Below are positions 51,940-64,000 of a stretch of DNA of 64,000 nt, in pieces (position 1 is the first letter of the stretch; each line of letters begins with the position of its first letter). Under the pieces are notes generated by a model, which saw nothing but the letters and a program-made list of their open reading frames with translations, searched no databases and was not told the DNA's origin. The position numbers were made by a program, and so were the translations under genes. The stretch covers positions 31,930,001 to 31,994,000 of the forward strand of contig OZ249442.1 in the NCBI GenBank assembly GCA_965235115.1, read 5' to 3'. The DNA comes from Laetmonice hystrix. Its lineage: Eukaryota.

Positions 51940-54900
51940 GTATGGTAGAATTTTATTTTGTTGGTTTGTTATTATCAGGCCTAATTATTATTTTATATAA
52001 ATGAAAATTATTGCAATAATGTGTTTGCTCACACATAAAGGTCATTGAGGGTCGTCAGACGACCTTGACCTCCCTCCACAGTCGTGTTTCCACAGCTGTC
52101 TGATCCTCAGGTCAAGGTGACAGGATCATCGTTACCAGACAATAGCACTCCTACTGTTCTCCAAGATATCCCATGTGTGAGACTGACCTGCTTCACACCA
52201 ATGTTTCTGTGGCACTGAGTCACCCAGTATACCCAGATGTCGCTACGATCGCGTACCGCTAGACGGTCAGAGTGATATGTCATAAAGTCGTTACTTTCGC
52301 TGTCCATATATATAAGGAAAATTGTAGTTACAATTTGGCTGACTTAAGACAAAATGTGACCCCCAGACATGGTCCAGTTTGAAACGTGCATCATTGGACG
52401 GGAACTGACTTGTTAGGTGAGTGTAACAGCCAAGAACACCGACTCACTCTCCTATGGGGGAAGGAGAACTAGGGGGTGGTCTACCCCCACCCCACCCCCG
52501 GCAGTAGGGAACAGAAGGAGCCTAACCCCAGACATGAGATACACGACTTCATTTGGTTTCAATACAGCCGCCACACAAATGTTTGTTGGGAGGTAAAAAG
52601 TTCAGGATGAGTTACAGCCGTGCGTAACTGGCAGGGTTCGGGGATGGACGGTGGGGGGGGGGGGGGCGCCAGATGGTTGCGCCCCCCCCCCCCCCGTCTA
52701 GCTGGACACCAGCAGTTGGAGCATGCGTACACCATACCGCTGGAGTTCGCTAACTGACTGGGAAAAACTTTAGAGGTGTGGACTGAAATAATCAGGCTTA
52801 CAAAAAAGTCAAGAATGTCCAGGAAAAATAAAGAAGAATTTAAGGAATGCTTAGGTACTGAATGGTTCAGAATAGTAATAGATGGGCCTAAATTTCTGCT
52901 TGTATTGTAGTGAATGTATTGAAGATTATTTGCAAGTTTGATTGATAAGCAATATAGGAATGTTGCAAGAAAATCCCACTCCAAGCAGTGTGCATGGTCA
53001 CAGGCTGTGAGTGAAGGAAAGGGTAGTAGTATTATTACACAGCGGATGTTGTGTCATAATGAACTCGTAATGTTGACCTATTCAACTTCTGCTACAAGCT
53101 TCATTAAATTTGTCACCGTTTTTTTCACACAACAGCTGTTTTTGCTAACTGTAAAACATCTAGTTCTCACAGACAGTACTCTAGTTCTCACAGTACAGAC
53201 TCCCATCGCCGAACTAGTGTGAGTCACCCTCAAAACATATACGGCCAGCCTCCGGCCCAGACATAACTCAATCAGTCATGTTGTGTTTTGATGTAAGACT
53301 GAACTGATTATGTTTGGTGATGACGTTCCATGGACGCGTGACCCTATCCATCTATGTTTGATGTCAGATCAGCGCTGACATTTGGCACTCTTTGCTATGG
53401 TTTGCTCATCAATAGCAAGCGTAGTCTCTCTAAGATATAGCAAAGAAGAGAATAAAAAAAGAGAGAGAATTAGCACATTTGGCTGCTGAGCTTGATTTGT
53501 GTTGTGTTTCCGTGTCGTCGGTTCATGTTTTGACAAGAGTACACCATTATTGAAATGACTGTTGAAAGGAGTGTGTCTGATTTCGCCGTGTGCAATGACC
53601 AGGCAGTCCCCTAACCGTAATGAGACACGAAGCGTGCAGTCGGAGAGCCGAGTCCAGTAGATGGCTGCAATCACCTTGGCCTGGACTTTACTTTAGTATA
53701 GAAGTAAATTTGGTTAGCCTGGCGATGTTAGCGGTAAATGTAGATTTGTTTGAGCATTGATTGGGGCCTGATGTCTGCCACGGCCGTTAGGGGCTCAGGT
53801 AATGATGCTGCTATGACACATAATATAAGCACGTCATTCTGAGGGTAAATTAAAACTCCCCAGGGGGGCGAGGAAAGCTGTAACCCCACCCATCTCGCTA
53901 GGACATCTCGTTTCTGTTTCACGACGCCATTACATCGAATACGTCGGGCCGTGGTCATTGGTGAAAAAAACTGAATTTAGGTTGCAATTCATTTCCAAAG
54001 GATGAAGAGAGTCTGGGTCGAGAGTTTACTTGGTCATTTGCTGCGTCTCTCATTGAATAAACGCGAAGAAAATCGTTATGGAACTGAGTACGTGTTTACG
54101 CCAAGGTCAGGCAGCGGTCGGTAAATCAGGAATTGTAACGAATGAGAATTGACGGAACGTCATGTAACAAACTGTCGGCCGACAGAGGGCGCTGCGAGAG
54201 CCTGTGACCATTTATTGACGGGGAGGGGTTGGGAGGGTGACTGACTGAGGCCTTCAGCGTGGGAGAGATGGGGTCCCTCCGTGTTACACCCCACGGGACT
54301 AATGAAATAGGAGGACGATCCGTGGACGTCAGCTGAGCGGGAGTCTGACCGCGGGACTGGTGATGGGTCTTGGTAACCCCAGCTTCCCTTGTACGACTGA
54401 CATTCGCCCCAGTCTGAGGGTTAGGGGGGGGGGACGGGGCCCGGCCAACTACAACTGTAGGTATAGGTTGCAGGGAGGGCTGGGGACACGGTTGTGACGG
54501 GGATCAAGCTAGGGGGGTCTCTGTGAGCCTACTGGTGCTCTTGCAGAGAAGGGGGCAGAGGCCAGAGGTCATGGGGAGTCAGACGGTGTGGGACAGAGGG
54601 GGGAATACCTACCACCGCCTCTAACCCAGAAGGACAGGAAGCCAGCAGTAAACAAATGCTGAGATCAACCAGCCACCGCTGGCTCGGAGTGCCGACCGAT
54701 GGGGTGGGGGCAAGGGGCGGTTTTGAACACCTCTCCGTGCCGGCCGGCGTCAGGGCAAGGCCGGCTTGTGGAAGGAACCTTTACAGTCTGTGGTAACATG
54801 TGATGGTAATCAGTCGGACATAAGCCCTCACCCCCCACCCCCCCCCCCCCCCCCCCCCGTCTGTACCTGACTGGGCCGGTCAGAGTGATACAACACCCGG

Positions 54901-55141
54901 CCCAGCTCAGTCTGACTGTGAGAGTCGTCCTTGGACACCTTCACCATCAGTCAAAACTCACACCCTCCCTCACCCCCAGGGGGTCTAGTCACACAACCCT
55001 CACCCTTTTACTGAATCACGCCCCCTTTTTACCCTGCTGTCTCCAGTTCGATCCTAGCCGTCCTCCAGGCGAGACGCTGGAGGAAGAACAGCTGGGAGAC
55101 AGTGGCTGAGAGCAGGCCAGAGGAACAGCATCCCGTGACTT

Positions 55142-55192
55142 GACCTGATTGTGACGTCGTGACCTGACCCCATTGTGACGTCAAGGTCAAGT
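55142..55192. promoter_or_regulatory. Cluster of CRE and nuclear-receptor half-site motifs upstream of a candidate first exon
   Basis: TGACCTGATTGTGACGTCGTGACCTGACCCCATTGTGACGTCAAGGTCAAG contains TGACGTCA, two TGACCT and TCAAGGTCA. Confidence 0.3.
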
Positions 55193-55765
55193 CGGCGTTG
55201 GGGCAGGATCTACCAAGGACATCACATCCTGGAGAAGTGTGTCAGGGCGGACCACAACGTACCACATGGAGAGTTCTCAAACGTCCTCCAATGGGAACCA
55301 AGCCTGCCAATCATTGAGAGACGCTGAAGTCAGTCCTGTCAGATCATGGCCAGACGCTGAGGCACTGGGACTGCTGGGACGCCCTCCTCCACACATAACT
55401 CACAGGTCAGTCCGTGAGATCCTCTTGTGAACCACGGTGGCTACATGAACTGTGGTCCGAGAGACTCTGACTCTTCGTTCCACTTAGAACCGGAGTGGGA
55501 TAGAGCCTCTCGATCTACATGAACTGTGGTCCTCACCAGCCGCGCAAGATCACCAGCAGTTGTTGAAGGATACGATGATGGTGGATTGATTTCGGATTGC
55601 CCAAGTGATTCAATGGTGAGAAATGTGGCGGCTATCAGGAACAGTGTAGTCAGGTCACACCAGACGAGCACAAACTGTTCAAGGGACCATCTCCACAGGT
55701 CAGTGACCCATCGGACCGCCACGCCTGTCCTGGGGACCGTCTCAACTTCACACTAAAAATTCACC

Positions 55766-55924
55766 ATGGCGTGGAGGGATGATTTCCACCTGCCCTCGAC
55801 CAGGTCTCGCCATGCGCTGTTGCCCCCCAAGCAACCGTACCTCCAGGCCGGGTACCGGACTCTGCCCCTGCCCACCAAGAAGAAAGTGACCATCTTACTG
55901 CCACCTAAACATGAACCGTACGGG
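55766..55924 (+). CDS. Candidate alternative first coding exon (53 aa) in the Cas intron
   Basis: Strong Kozak CACCATGG. It reads MAWRDDFHLPSTRSRHALLPPKQPYLQAGYRTLPLPTKKKVTILLPPKHEPYG, then a phase-0 donor GGG|GTAGGT. Confidence 0.55.
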
Positions 55925-58105
55925 GTAGGTATAGATATGATGAGTGCATGTATAGACAGCCTGGGAATCCTTTATTTGCAGAGGTTTGAGCGTTGACCCA
56001 GCCACACAAGGACAGACAGATGAGTCATGGTGTTGAGAAGAGTGAACGGACACATGTGTTGGGGCCTTGTCCTCTGACGGACGGCTCGCAGTGATCCAGT
56101 GTCGCAACTCGCTGCGTTATGAAATGTACCACTGACTGTCGCGGTAGTGTCCCATCCACTATAGTAATACCATCTACGACTACCCATGGGACTGTCAGAA
56201 TCCAGTTGTCTTATTTTTTAAGCGGGTATAATGTGTTCACTTACGAAATATAGTTTGAACGACGTAAAAAGTATGCTTTTTTTCTCAAAAGGTGTACTGA
56301 AAAAAAGGAAAGGTTTGACTCGATACAGATTATAATCTGGAACTTGAGGTTTGTGTTTGCATTGTGTCTGGATGCCTACTCGATAACACCCAGTATGGAT
56401 GGACCAGACGGGTGTGATGGGTGGATGGTGGGTGGATGGAGTTGGAACACCAAGATAGAATGGGATGTTGGCATTACAAACTCCGCCGATTGCAGCCGGA
56501 ATGTTGGAGGTTGGATCTATTTATACATACCTAAGGAGTGTTCCATCAAACAATGATGTCAGAGCAGAAACATGGCAAACAATAGAAGGCGGCCGTTTAT
56601 TGTGTGTGCATGCAGTTAATATTTACTCGCCAATCTCGGATAGTTTGAATTGTATCGAAACGGATTGTGGGTAGACGCCGCTCGACCGTTGAGTGTGGTG
56701 GAGACGCGTGCAAATAGTGACGTTACCGCGATTCGCTACGTCATAATTGTCGGTAACACAGGAAGGCTAAGGAACTTTGGCGGCATGCACTGTCGGTTTG
56801 AGTGCGTCCTGTGAATGGTAGCGGTGGTTGGGTGACAGAGGTGTCACCAGGATTCAGGTGACATGTCACCTCTCCAGTATGTTTGTGGAGGATCACTCTA
56901 GGATGGGTTACATTCTAACCAAATATCGCCGTTGTTATAGGTTTATTTACTGAATGTGTCCCCAGTAGAAAAGAATTGCGAAAATGGTGGAAGATATTGA
57001 ATCCTTTTCGCCAGGGAGCAAATATTGGGAAGAAGGGGAAACGTTGGCTGTATCGGGCTGCAGGCATATTGTCTGATTGGAACGATGCGGTGCTGGGTCT
57101 GCTCCAAATTACGTGATTCCCTCCTACATCTGTCTCTGTACCTCGTCCATCTGACAATGACTTGCCCATTTGTCCCCTATCTCATCCATCTGTAGGGGTG
57201 ATATTCAAGCTGAAATATATTTATAGTGTGAATTTTTCCGCGTTATTTATTTAGGAGTGTAGCCAGCAGGACCTGAATGACCGTGCACAGAATGGATACA
57301 AACAGGTCAGGTGTCAAACCGTCATGTGCTCCAGTAACACCATAAAGTAAACTGTATGCTCCCCAGGTTGTGGGACAACCCAATGACCCCTCCCTGAGGG
57401 GTAGACCAAACACTAGATCTCCAAGGCAACGCCTGGTTGGACCACCCCGGGAGGCGTTCCTGGGGGGTGGGGCCCGGGGTCTTTCTGAAAGTTAATTCCA
57501 AACCGAATTGCAGGAAATGAGTGCGGCCACCATGATATTGTCTTTTGAAGGTTCTAATGCAACAGTTATCATACGATATTATACGTTTTTCTCCTACAAA
57601 AAGAGAGGTACTGCCAATACTGCCAATACGAGGATGATTTAGCATGCCATCATTGGGTGGGATATTGGGGTTATAATTCAGCTGTGCCGGACAGACCCGA
57701 TTAACGTCCCATTCACACAACCCGGCGATTTTCTCTACAGGAAAACTCGAGTAAAAAATCGGCCAATTGAAAGATCGGACACGCACAGAGCATGCAGTGG
57801 ATCGCAACCAACCACGGCTGAACCCCAGGTGGAGGGTGTTAGAGGAAGGGGTGGGGTGAGGGGGTGTGGGGTACGAACACGTGTGGCATGCCTGCCCCCT
57901 ACGGACGATCTATGTGTGAGAGTTCACATGGCGGCCGCCCCAGGCTGTGGACAGAAACTGTTTGATATGTCAGACCTTAACCTCTCGACTCTCTGTCACC
58001 ATGACCTATGGTACAACACATGGTAACAAACCCTATACCACATGCACCCGGTGGAGAAATAGCATAGATCCGTCATGGTAGAATAACCATGAAATTTGAG
58101 AGCTG

Positions 58106-58246
58106 GGCCCAGTTCATAAAAACTTCAGATCTTGCTTACCGTAAGCTTAACGCTTCTGATTGGCTGGTCTGCTTACACAAACCAATCAGAAGCCTTAAGC
58201 TTAAGGCTAAGCTTAAGCAAGATCTTAAGTTTTTACAAACTGGGCA
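58106..58246. mobile_element. 141-bp fold-back MITE, Harbinger-like, with CTG target-site duplication
   Basis: TIRs GGCCCAGTTCATAAAAACTT / AAGTTTTTACAAACTGGGCA. Internal IRs AGATCTTGCTTA and CTTCTGATTGG. CTG lies at 58103-58105 and 58247-58249. Confidence 0.8.
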
Positions 58247-58852
58247 CTGATCATTACTATTACCCCCCCCCCCCCCAACCCTTAACCCTATCCTCATAGC
58301 CCTTTCCCATACCCATAACCTCCATCCCCAAATTCGTGGGGTAATTACGATGAAAGAGTGAACTAAAATTGGGGCTCCTTATATCAAGATTCCCAGGATT
58401 CCCTGAATATCCCCGGGCCGAACCCTAAACGTAACCTTACGTCTGCCAGTATACCCCTTCACACGGGCACTGCGTGCACTGCATGCCACGCGCTTCACGT
58501 GCATTCTCTGCATGTCTCCATAGATTCTCACGTTTACCGTGATTCTATGGGGGACCGGTAGGGGAGGGAAAATATACGGAGAAAATACATCAGGATTTAA
58601 ACACCAGCGTTTAGGTGGATACTTCCGCCTGTAATACTTTATTTCTGAATGCCGTCTGGAGGATTTGTGATATAGCAGGAAACATTAGTTATGACGGAGA
58701 ATAAGTGAAAACTGACAGAGTTCAACAGTTGCCGTAATAACTCTGCAGGGTGGTGAGGCGTCCACAGAGGGTGCGATCTGAAGGTGGAATGGATCACATC
58801 CCCAGGCGAACTGATTCTGGGAGGTATTAATCAACATGTGGATGTCGTGAGA

Positions 58853-60021
58853 CTTTGAGAACTCATTGCCCTTGCAGTGTCCCTATTCAGTTTGCTCAGG
58901 GACTTTGTTTGAGAACTCATTGCCCTTGCAGTGTCCCTATTCAGTTTGCTCAGGGACTTTGTTTGAGAACTCATTGCCCTTGCAGTGTCCCTATTCCGTT
59001 TGCTCAGGGACTATATTTGAGAACTCATTGCCCTTGCAGTGTCCCTGTTCAGTTTGCTCAGGGACTTTGTTTGAGAACTCATTGCCCTTGCAGTGTCCCT
59101 GTTCAGTTTGCTCAGGGACTTTGTTTGAGAACTCATTGCCCTTGCAGTGTCCCTATTCAGTTTGCCCAGGGACGTTATTTGTCCCTATTCAGTTTGCCCA
59201 GGGACTTTGTTTGAGAACTCATTGCCCTTGCAGTGTCCCTATTCAGTTTGCTCAGGGACTTTATTTGAGAACTCATTGTCCTTGCAGTGTCCCTATTCAG
59301 TTTGCCCAGAGACTTTGTTTGAGAACTCATTGCCCTTGCAGTGTCCCTATTCAGTTTGCCCAGAGACTTTGTTTGAGAACTCATTGCCCTTGCAGTGTCC
59401 CTATTCAGTTTGCCCAGAGACTTTGTTTGAGAACTCATTGCCCTTGCAGTGTCCCTATTCAGTTTGGCCAGGGACTTTGTTTGAGAACTCATTGCCCTTG
59501 CAGTGTCCCTATTCAGTTTGCTCAGGGACTTTATTTGAGAACTCATTGTCCTTGCAGTGTCCCTATTCAGTTTGCTCAGGGACTTTGTTTGAGAACTCAT
59601 TGCCCTTGCAGTGTCCCTATTCAGTTTGCTCAGGGACTTTGTTTGAGAACTCATTGCCCTTGCAGTGTCCCTGTTCAGTTTGGCCAGGGACTTTGTTTGA
59701 GAACTCATTGCCCTTGCAGTGTCCCTATTCAGTTTGCTCAGGGACTTAGTTTGAGAACTCATTGCCCTTGCAGTGTCCCTATTCAGTTTGCTCAGGGACT
59801 ATATTTGAGAACTCATTGCCCTTGCAGTGTCCCTGTTCAGTTTGCTCAGGGACTTTGTTTGAGAACTCATTGCCCTTGCAGTGTCCCTATTCAGTTTGCC
59901 CAGGGACGTTATTTGTCCCTATTCAGTTTGCCCAGGGACTTTGTTTGAGAACTCATTGCCCTTGCAGTGTCCCTATTCAGTTTGCCCAGGGACGTTATTT
60001 GTCCCTAATCAGTTTGCCCAG
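58853..60021. repeat. 54-bp tandem satellite, ~21 units plus truncated units
   Basis: Unit TTGAGAACTCATTGCCCTTGCAGTGTCCCTATTCAGTTTGCTCAGGGACTTTGT. Confidence 0.98.
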
Positions 60022-61655
60022 GTGACGATCGACATATCAAGATGATGTACTAACATCGAGACCTTAAACATTATAGCATTCTCACCGTGACCTTCAAAAA
60101 CATTTGATTTCACACCAAGAACGCCGCACCCTGTACCAGAACCAGACACGTGAAACCGGGACTATGTCGGTGTACGCGTGGAACTCTATGTCACTGGGCC
60201 CCGGGACTCAACCACAAGTATGGGGGTCGTTATGTCAACTATATGATGTCGGTGTACGCGTGGAACTCTATGTCAGTGGGTCCCTTCTCCTCGAAAGGAA
60301 GTGTGGAGGCAGTCTACCAGAACAACCGGCATTCAGATACTTCATAAGTTTTCTCAAATCACCATAAACTGGTCCACCAGAAGCCCAGGGTGTTCTTCAA
60401 ATACAGACGCCTTCCTGAGCCATCCTCTCCTATAGTATAAGAACTAGCTTATATTATAGACTACTAACAGAACCCATGAGTGTCGAACCCTGGGGTTCAT
60501 CATTACAATGACACCGTACCCAAGGTGTCAGGGTAGAACGTGTCTGGAGGTCGGCAGGTCGCAGTCACGTGGCTGTAGGTAATGACACCTTACCTGACAA
60601 TGTACCAGGCCCGGGGAGACCTGCAGCGCCTGGGAGACCTGCAACCAACCAACCAATTAATCCTATCTCACAATCTTTGGTTGAAAACGACGAACTTTTC
60701 ACTGCTGACTCGGACTGACGTCAATGCAACCCCCCTTCCCACCCGGGGGTGGTTGGGGGTGAACAGAGGGTGGCTTCATGGAAGGGCACCGCCCCCTGTG
60801 ACCTTGCCCTGACCTGTGACACCCCCTGCCTGTCACCCCAGGTGCCACAGGTGGTGGATCCTAAATGCCCCCACTGTCACCTGGTTCTCATAAACTGACT
60901 GTGAGACACTCGTCCTGCATACTCTATCTCTCCTCACTGCTGTCTCCAACCCAAGCAGTGTTTCCGCCAGGAAATAATTTAGGGGGGAATCAATGGGACT
61001 GGGGCCCCCCTCAGAATTTTCTTTATTCAGGAATGCCGGAGACGCGTTTTCTGAGCATCTATGAGCAAAAATCGCTCTCAAATCAATCAATGAAATTCCA
61101 TTATTTTTAATTGCATTAAAGAAAATTGCTCTGCAGGTTGATGGGGAGGGGGATATCCCCCTTGTCCAAGTTATGATTTATCTCCCCTTCCCCCTGCATG
61201 AAACCGTGCGACGGTCATGTAATGCAATGTAATGCCATCAATGTAATGGAATGTAAGAGAAATATTATGATCATGGAAATGTAAAGTTAAACACTGTTTG
61301 AGAACTGACATTACAGTGGTAAAAAATGACACCAATCCTAGGACGAGGAAGGTTTCCTTGCGATCCTGTGCCCAGATTGACATACCTCGGTATTCTAACA
61401 TTGATCATTTCTGTATGAGTCACCTCAGACGGTCCATTGGTATTCATCTATGTCTCTGTCTGTCCGGGCACAGAGTCTGCTCGCCGAGTCTGCCAAACAG
61501 TCGGTATCCATGCATGGGGATAAATAATGTCGACTTGCGCCATCATTCTTCTCAAGTGTAAAGTAAACGATGATCTCTATGAAATGTCGAGTAGTCTGGA
61601 TGTGTAGGGATCAGAGCAAACCACAGCAGTCATGTACAGAATGTAGAGACGGGTC

Positions 61656-62063
61656 TGTGACCGTTATCTAGTGGATCAGGGAGGGTGGATTATATTGTGA
61701 CCGTTATCTGGTGGATCAGGGAGGGTGGATTATATTGTGACCGTTATCTGGTGGATCAGGGAAGAGTGGCTGATATTGTGACCGTTATCTGGTGGATCAG
61801 GGAGGGTGGATTATATTGTGACCGTTATCTGCTGGATCAGGGAAGAGTGGCTGATATTGTGACCGTTATCTGGTGGATCAGGGAGGGTGGATTATATTGT
61901 GACCGTCATCTGGTGGATCAGGGAAGAGTGGCTGATATTGTGACCGTTATCTGGTGGATCAGGGAGGGTGGATTATATTGTGACCGTTATCTGGTGAATC
62001 AGGGAGGAGTGGCTGATATTGTGACCGTTATCTGGTGGATCAGGGAGGAGTGGCTGATATTAT
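61656..62063. repeat. 40/41-bp alternating minisatellite (81-bp dimer)
   Basis: GTGACCGTTATCTGGTGGATCAGGG is followed alternately by AGGGTGGATTATATT or AAGAGTGGCTGATATT. Confidence 0.96.
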
Positions 62064-62750
62064 GATGATCACGTTGTTAGACGATATGTGAGTGCCTGGT
62101 ATATATACCGGTCACACAGTAGAAGGGTGACTGATATCTACAGCAGAGACTGGTATGTGACTGTTAGTTTTTAGTATCAGGGAGATGGGACCAATATGTA
62201 ACGGTCACACTGTGGAGGCCGTTGCCGTCAGGTCCTAGGAAGAGACTGCCCGGGTGACGAGTGTCACTGACATGAGGACTGGGTCGCCTCAGGCCTGTGA
62301 ACTCCGACTCCTTGTCACTAGTCAGGGCACACACAAAAAACCTCGAGAGATCCGAACATGTACGAGATGTCGCACCATCTGTGTCAACATGCCGGCTGGG
62401 ATCGGACCGACTCAAAGCTGGCATTGTTACAACGCCTCAGAGCGACACAGGACCGAGTTTGACAGATGGCCACCGCAAAGCGCGCCAGTAAGGTGCCTCA
62501 ATGTGACGTCCTTCTCCTGAAAAAGGATCGTAACATGTTGGCCTTGGTAGAGATAAGTCAACTTCTCTCATTCTTGCCGTCCGTTCTTTATCACATAAAA
62601 TAGATTGACAAGGCAATGACAGGATGGTTACCCTTAACGTATCAACACCTTTATGTATAATCAAATACGTTTGGTTGAAGTATTACATGTGGGAAGTAAG
62701 AACCCTGCGGGCCCAGACCTTTCATACAGTACTTTCAATGTAATGATGTT

Positions 62751-62862
62751 GATTGGAGTATAGATCACTGATTTACTACGAGTGGGTATTGGAGTAAAGA
62801 TCACTGATTTACTACGAGTCGGTATTGGAGTATAGATCACTGATTTACTACGAGTCGGTATT
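62751..62862. repeat. 36-bp tandem repeat x3
   Basis: ATTGGAGTATAGATCACTGATTTACTACGAGTCGGT repeated three times. Confidence 0.92.
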
Positions 62863-64000
62863 GTCATTGATCGGTCCGTCAGTCACTGAACTCAGCATGA
62901 TCCACACTAGACTAGGTAACCTGCCTTGTGCTTTCAATGTGTTAAATACTGACATCAGTGGCAGTGGGTGAGAGGGAATGGGTCTGCCCAAAGCTATACC
63001 AGTTCACCGATCGAGAGTTAAATAGAGTGGGCAGACCGTGACAATGTACATACTTGCCATCCCCAACGATCACCGGCCGGCAACAGGTAGGAAGAAAATG
63101 TCACTCAACGAACAAAGAGATCAGCGAATGGATTGAAAAGAGCCTGGTTCTGAAAGCTCAATATTCCCTCTTCCATCTCTCTTTTCACTTCTTTATTCTT
63201 CAAATACACTTAAAGTTTAAAAAAGAAAACTTCACAAGTGATTATGTTAGGAGCATCTGTTTCCATGTGTTTTTATAGTGGGAAAGGTGAAGCTTTGGAA
63301 GGTTTTGTCACTGATGGATAGTGTGAGGGTGTGAAATGGTTTCATGACCTCAGTAAAGTTGTGTGAAGTTAGTCAAGGGGCAGTCATCACAGGACGTGGC
63401 CGAGGGATCAAACCAAGAATGGAGTATCTATGGAGCTAATGGTGAAAAATGAACACCAGCCGAAAATAAACCTCTTGATATTTAATGGGGTAATTCAATA
63501 CAAATGGAAATCGCGCTTTATCAAACAAGAAATGAATAAAAATATCACAGATTATGAGATATTGAAGAGAAAAGAAAGTCTTTTTTTAAGAAGCAGGGAC
63601 TTTGAAGTTTAATAAAGACTAAGCATTCAGCTGAACTGGGGTGTGGCACTTTATGTGACAGAGGATCTTCGCTTGATTATAAAGTTTTCCATATGTCACA
63701 TAGGGGGCGCTGCTGACGTTGCCCCCCCCTCCCATTCTACAGGCAATACATGCCATCCAACGGACCCCCTACCGGCCCTGAATCTAACAACCAGACCAAA
63801 GAGTTCAAGGTCATTTCAAGGCCAACTCTAAGACACATGAGAGGGTACTTTTACGGCCCTCTGGGATCATGTCTTTTCGATTTCATAGAATTTATGTGGT
63901 AATCTGAGTGCAAGAATAAGGATGTCTAACACATACCATGTGTGTACTACCTTTTCATGTTTTCTCTCACATAAAAAATTGTAATTCTCTAGAGTGGTGA

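Noticed and set aside
58855-60025. 360-aa, 200-aa and 195-aa Cys-rich ORFs (LRTHCPCSVPIQFAQGLC repeats)
   Set aside because: They result from a 54-bp unit, a multiple of 3, that is open in several frames on both strands. There are no splice or start signals.
60577-60812. VMTP... as the next Cas exon
   Set aside because: There is no pyrimidine tract, no YxxP motifs and no Cas-like sequence.

Overview
This is eukaryotic animal genomic DNA: intron-rich, with GT-AG exons, minisatellites and MITEs, and no operons, rRNA, tRNA or CRISPR. A V-SINE-like element and an invertebrate-type Cas exon suggest a lophotrochozoan, probably a mollusc (inference). The only confidently named gene is a + strand Cas-family adaptor (p130Cas/BCAR1-like), whose SH3 exon lies at 36267-36560. 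Its next exons were not found and probably lie beyond the window. Three other + strand coding-like segments also end in phase-0 splice donors: a ~570-aa proline-rich, Tyr-motif exon upstream (21168-22865) and two ATG-initiated exons downstream of the SH3 exon (51373-51939 and 55766-55924). The best hypothesis from this window is a multi-promoter Cas locus with swappable N-termini, including SH3-less isoforms. Other features are a candidate antisense multi-exon transcript (about 6.9-23.7 kb), about 12 tandem arrays (one with an exact 17-unit higher-order duplication), several palindromic MITEs and decayed TE fragments. Most ORFs in the supplied track are spurious.
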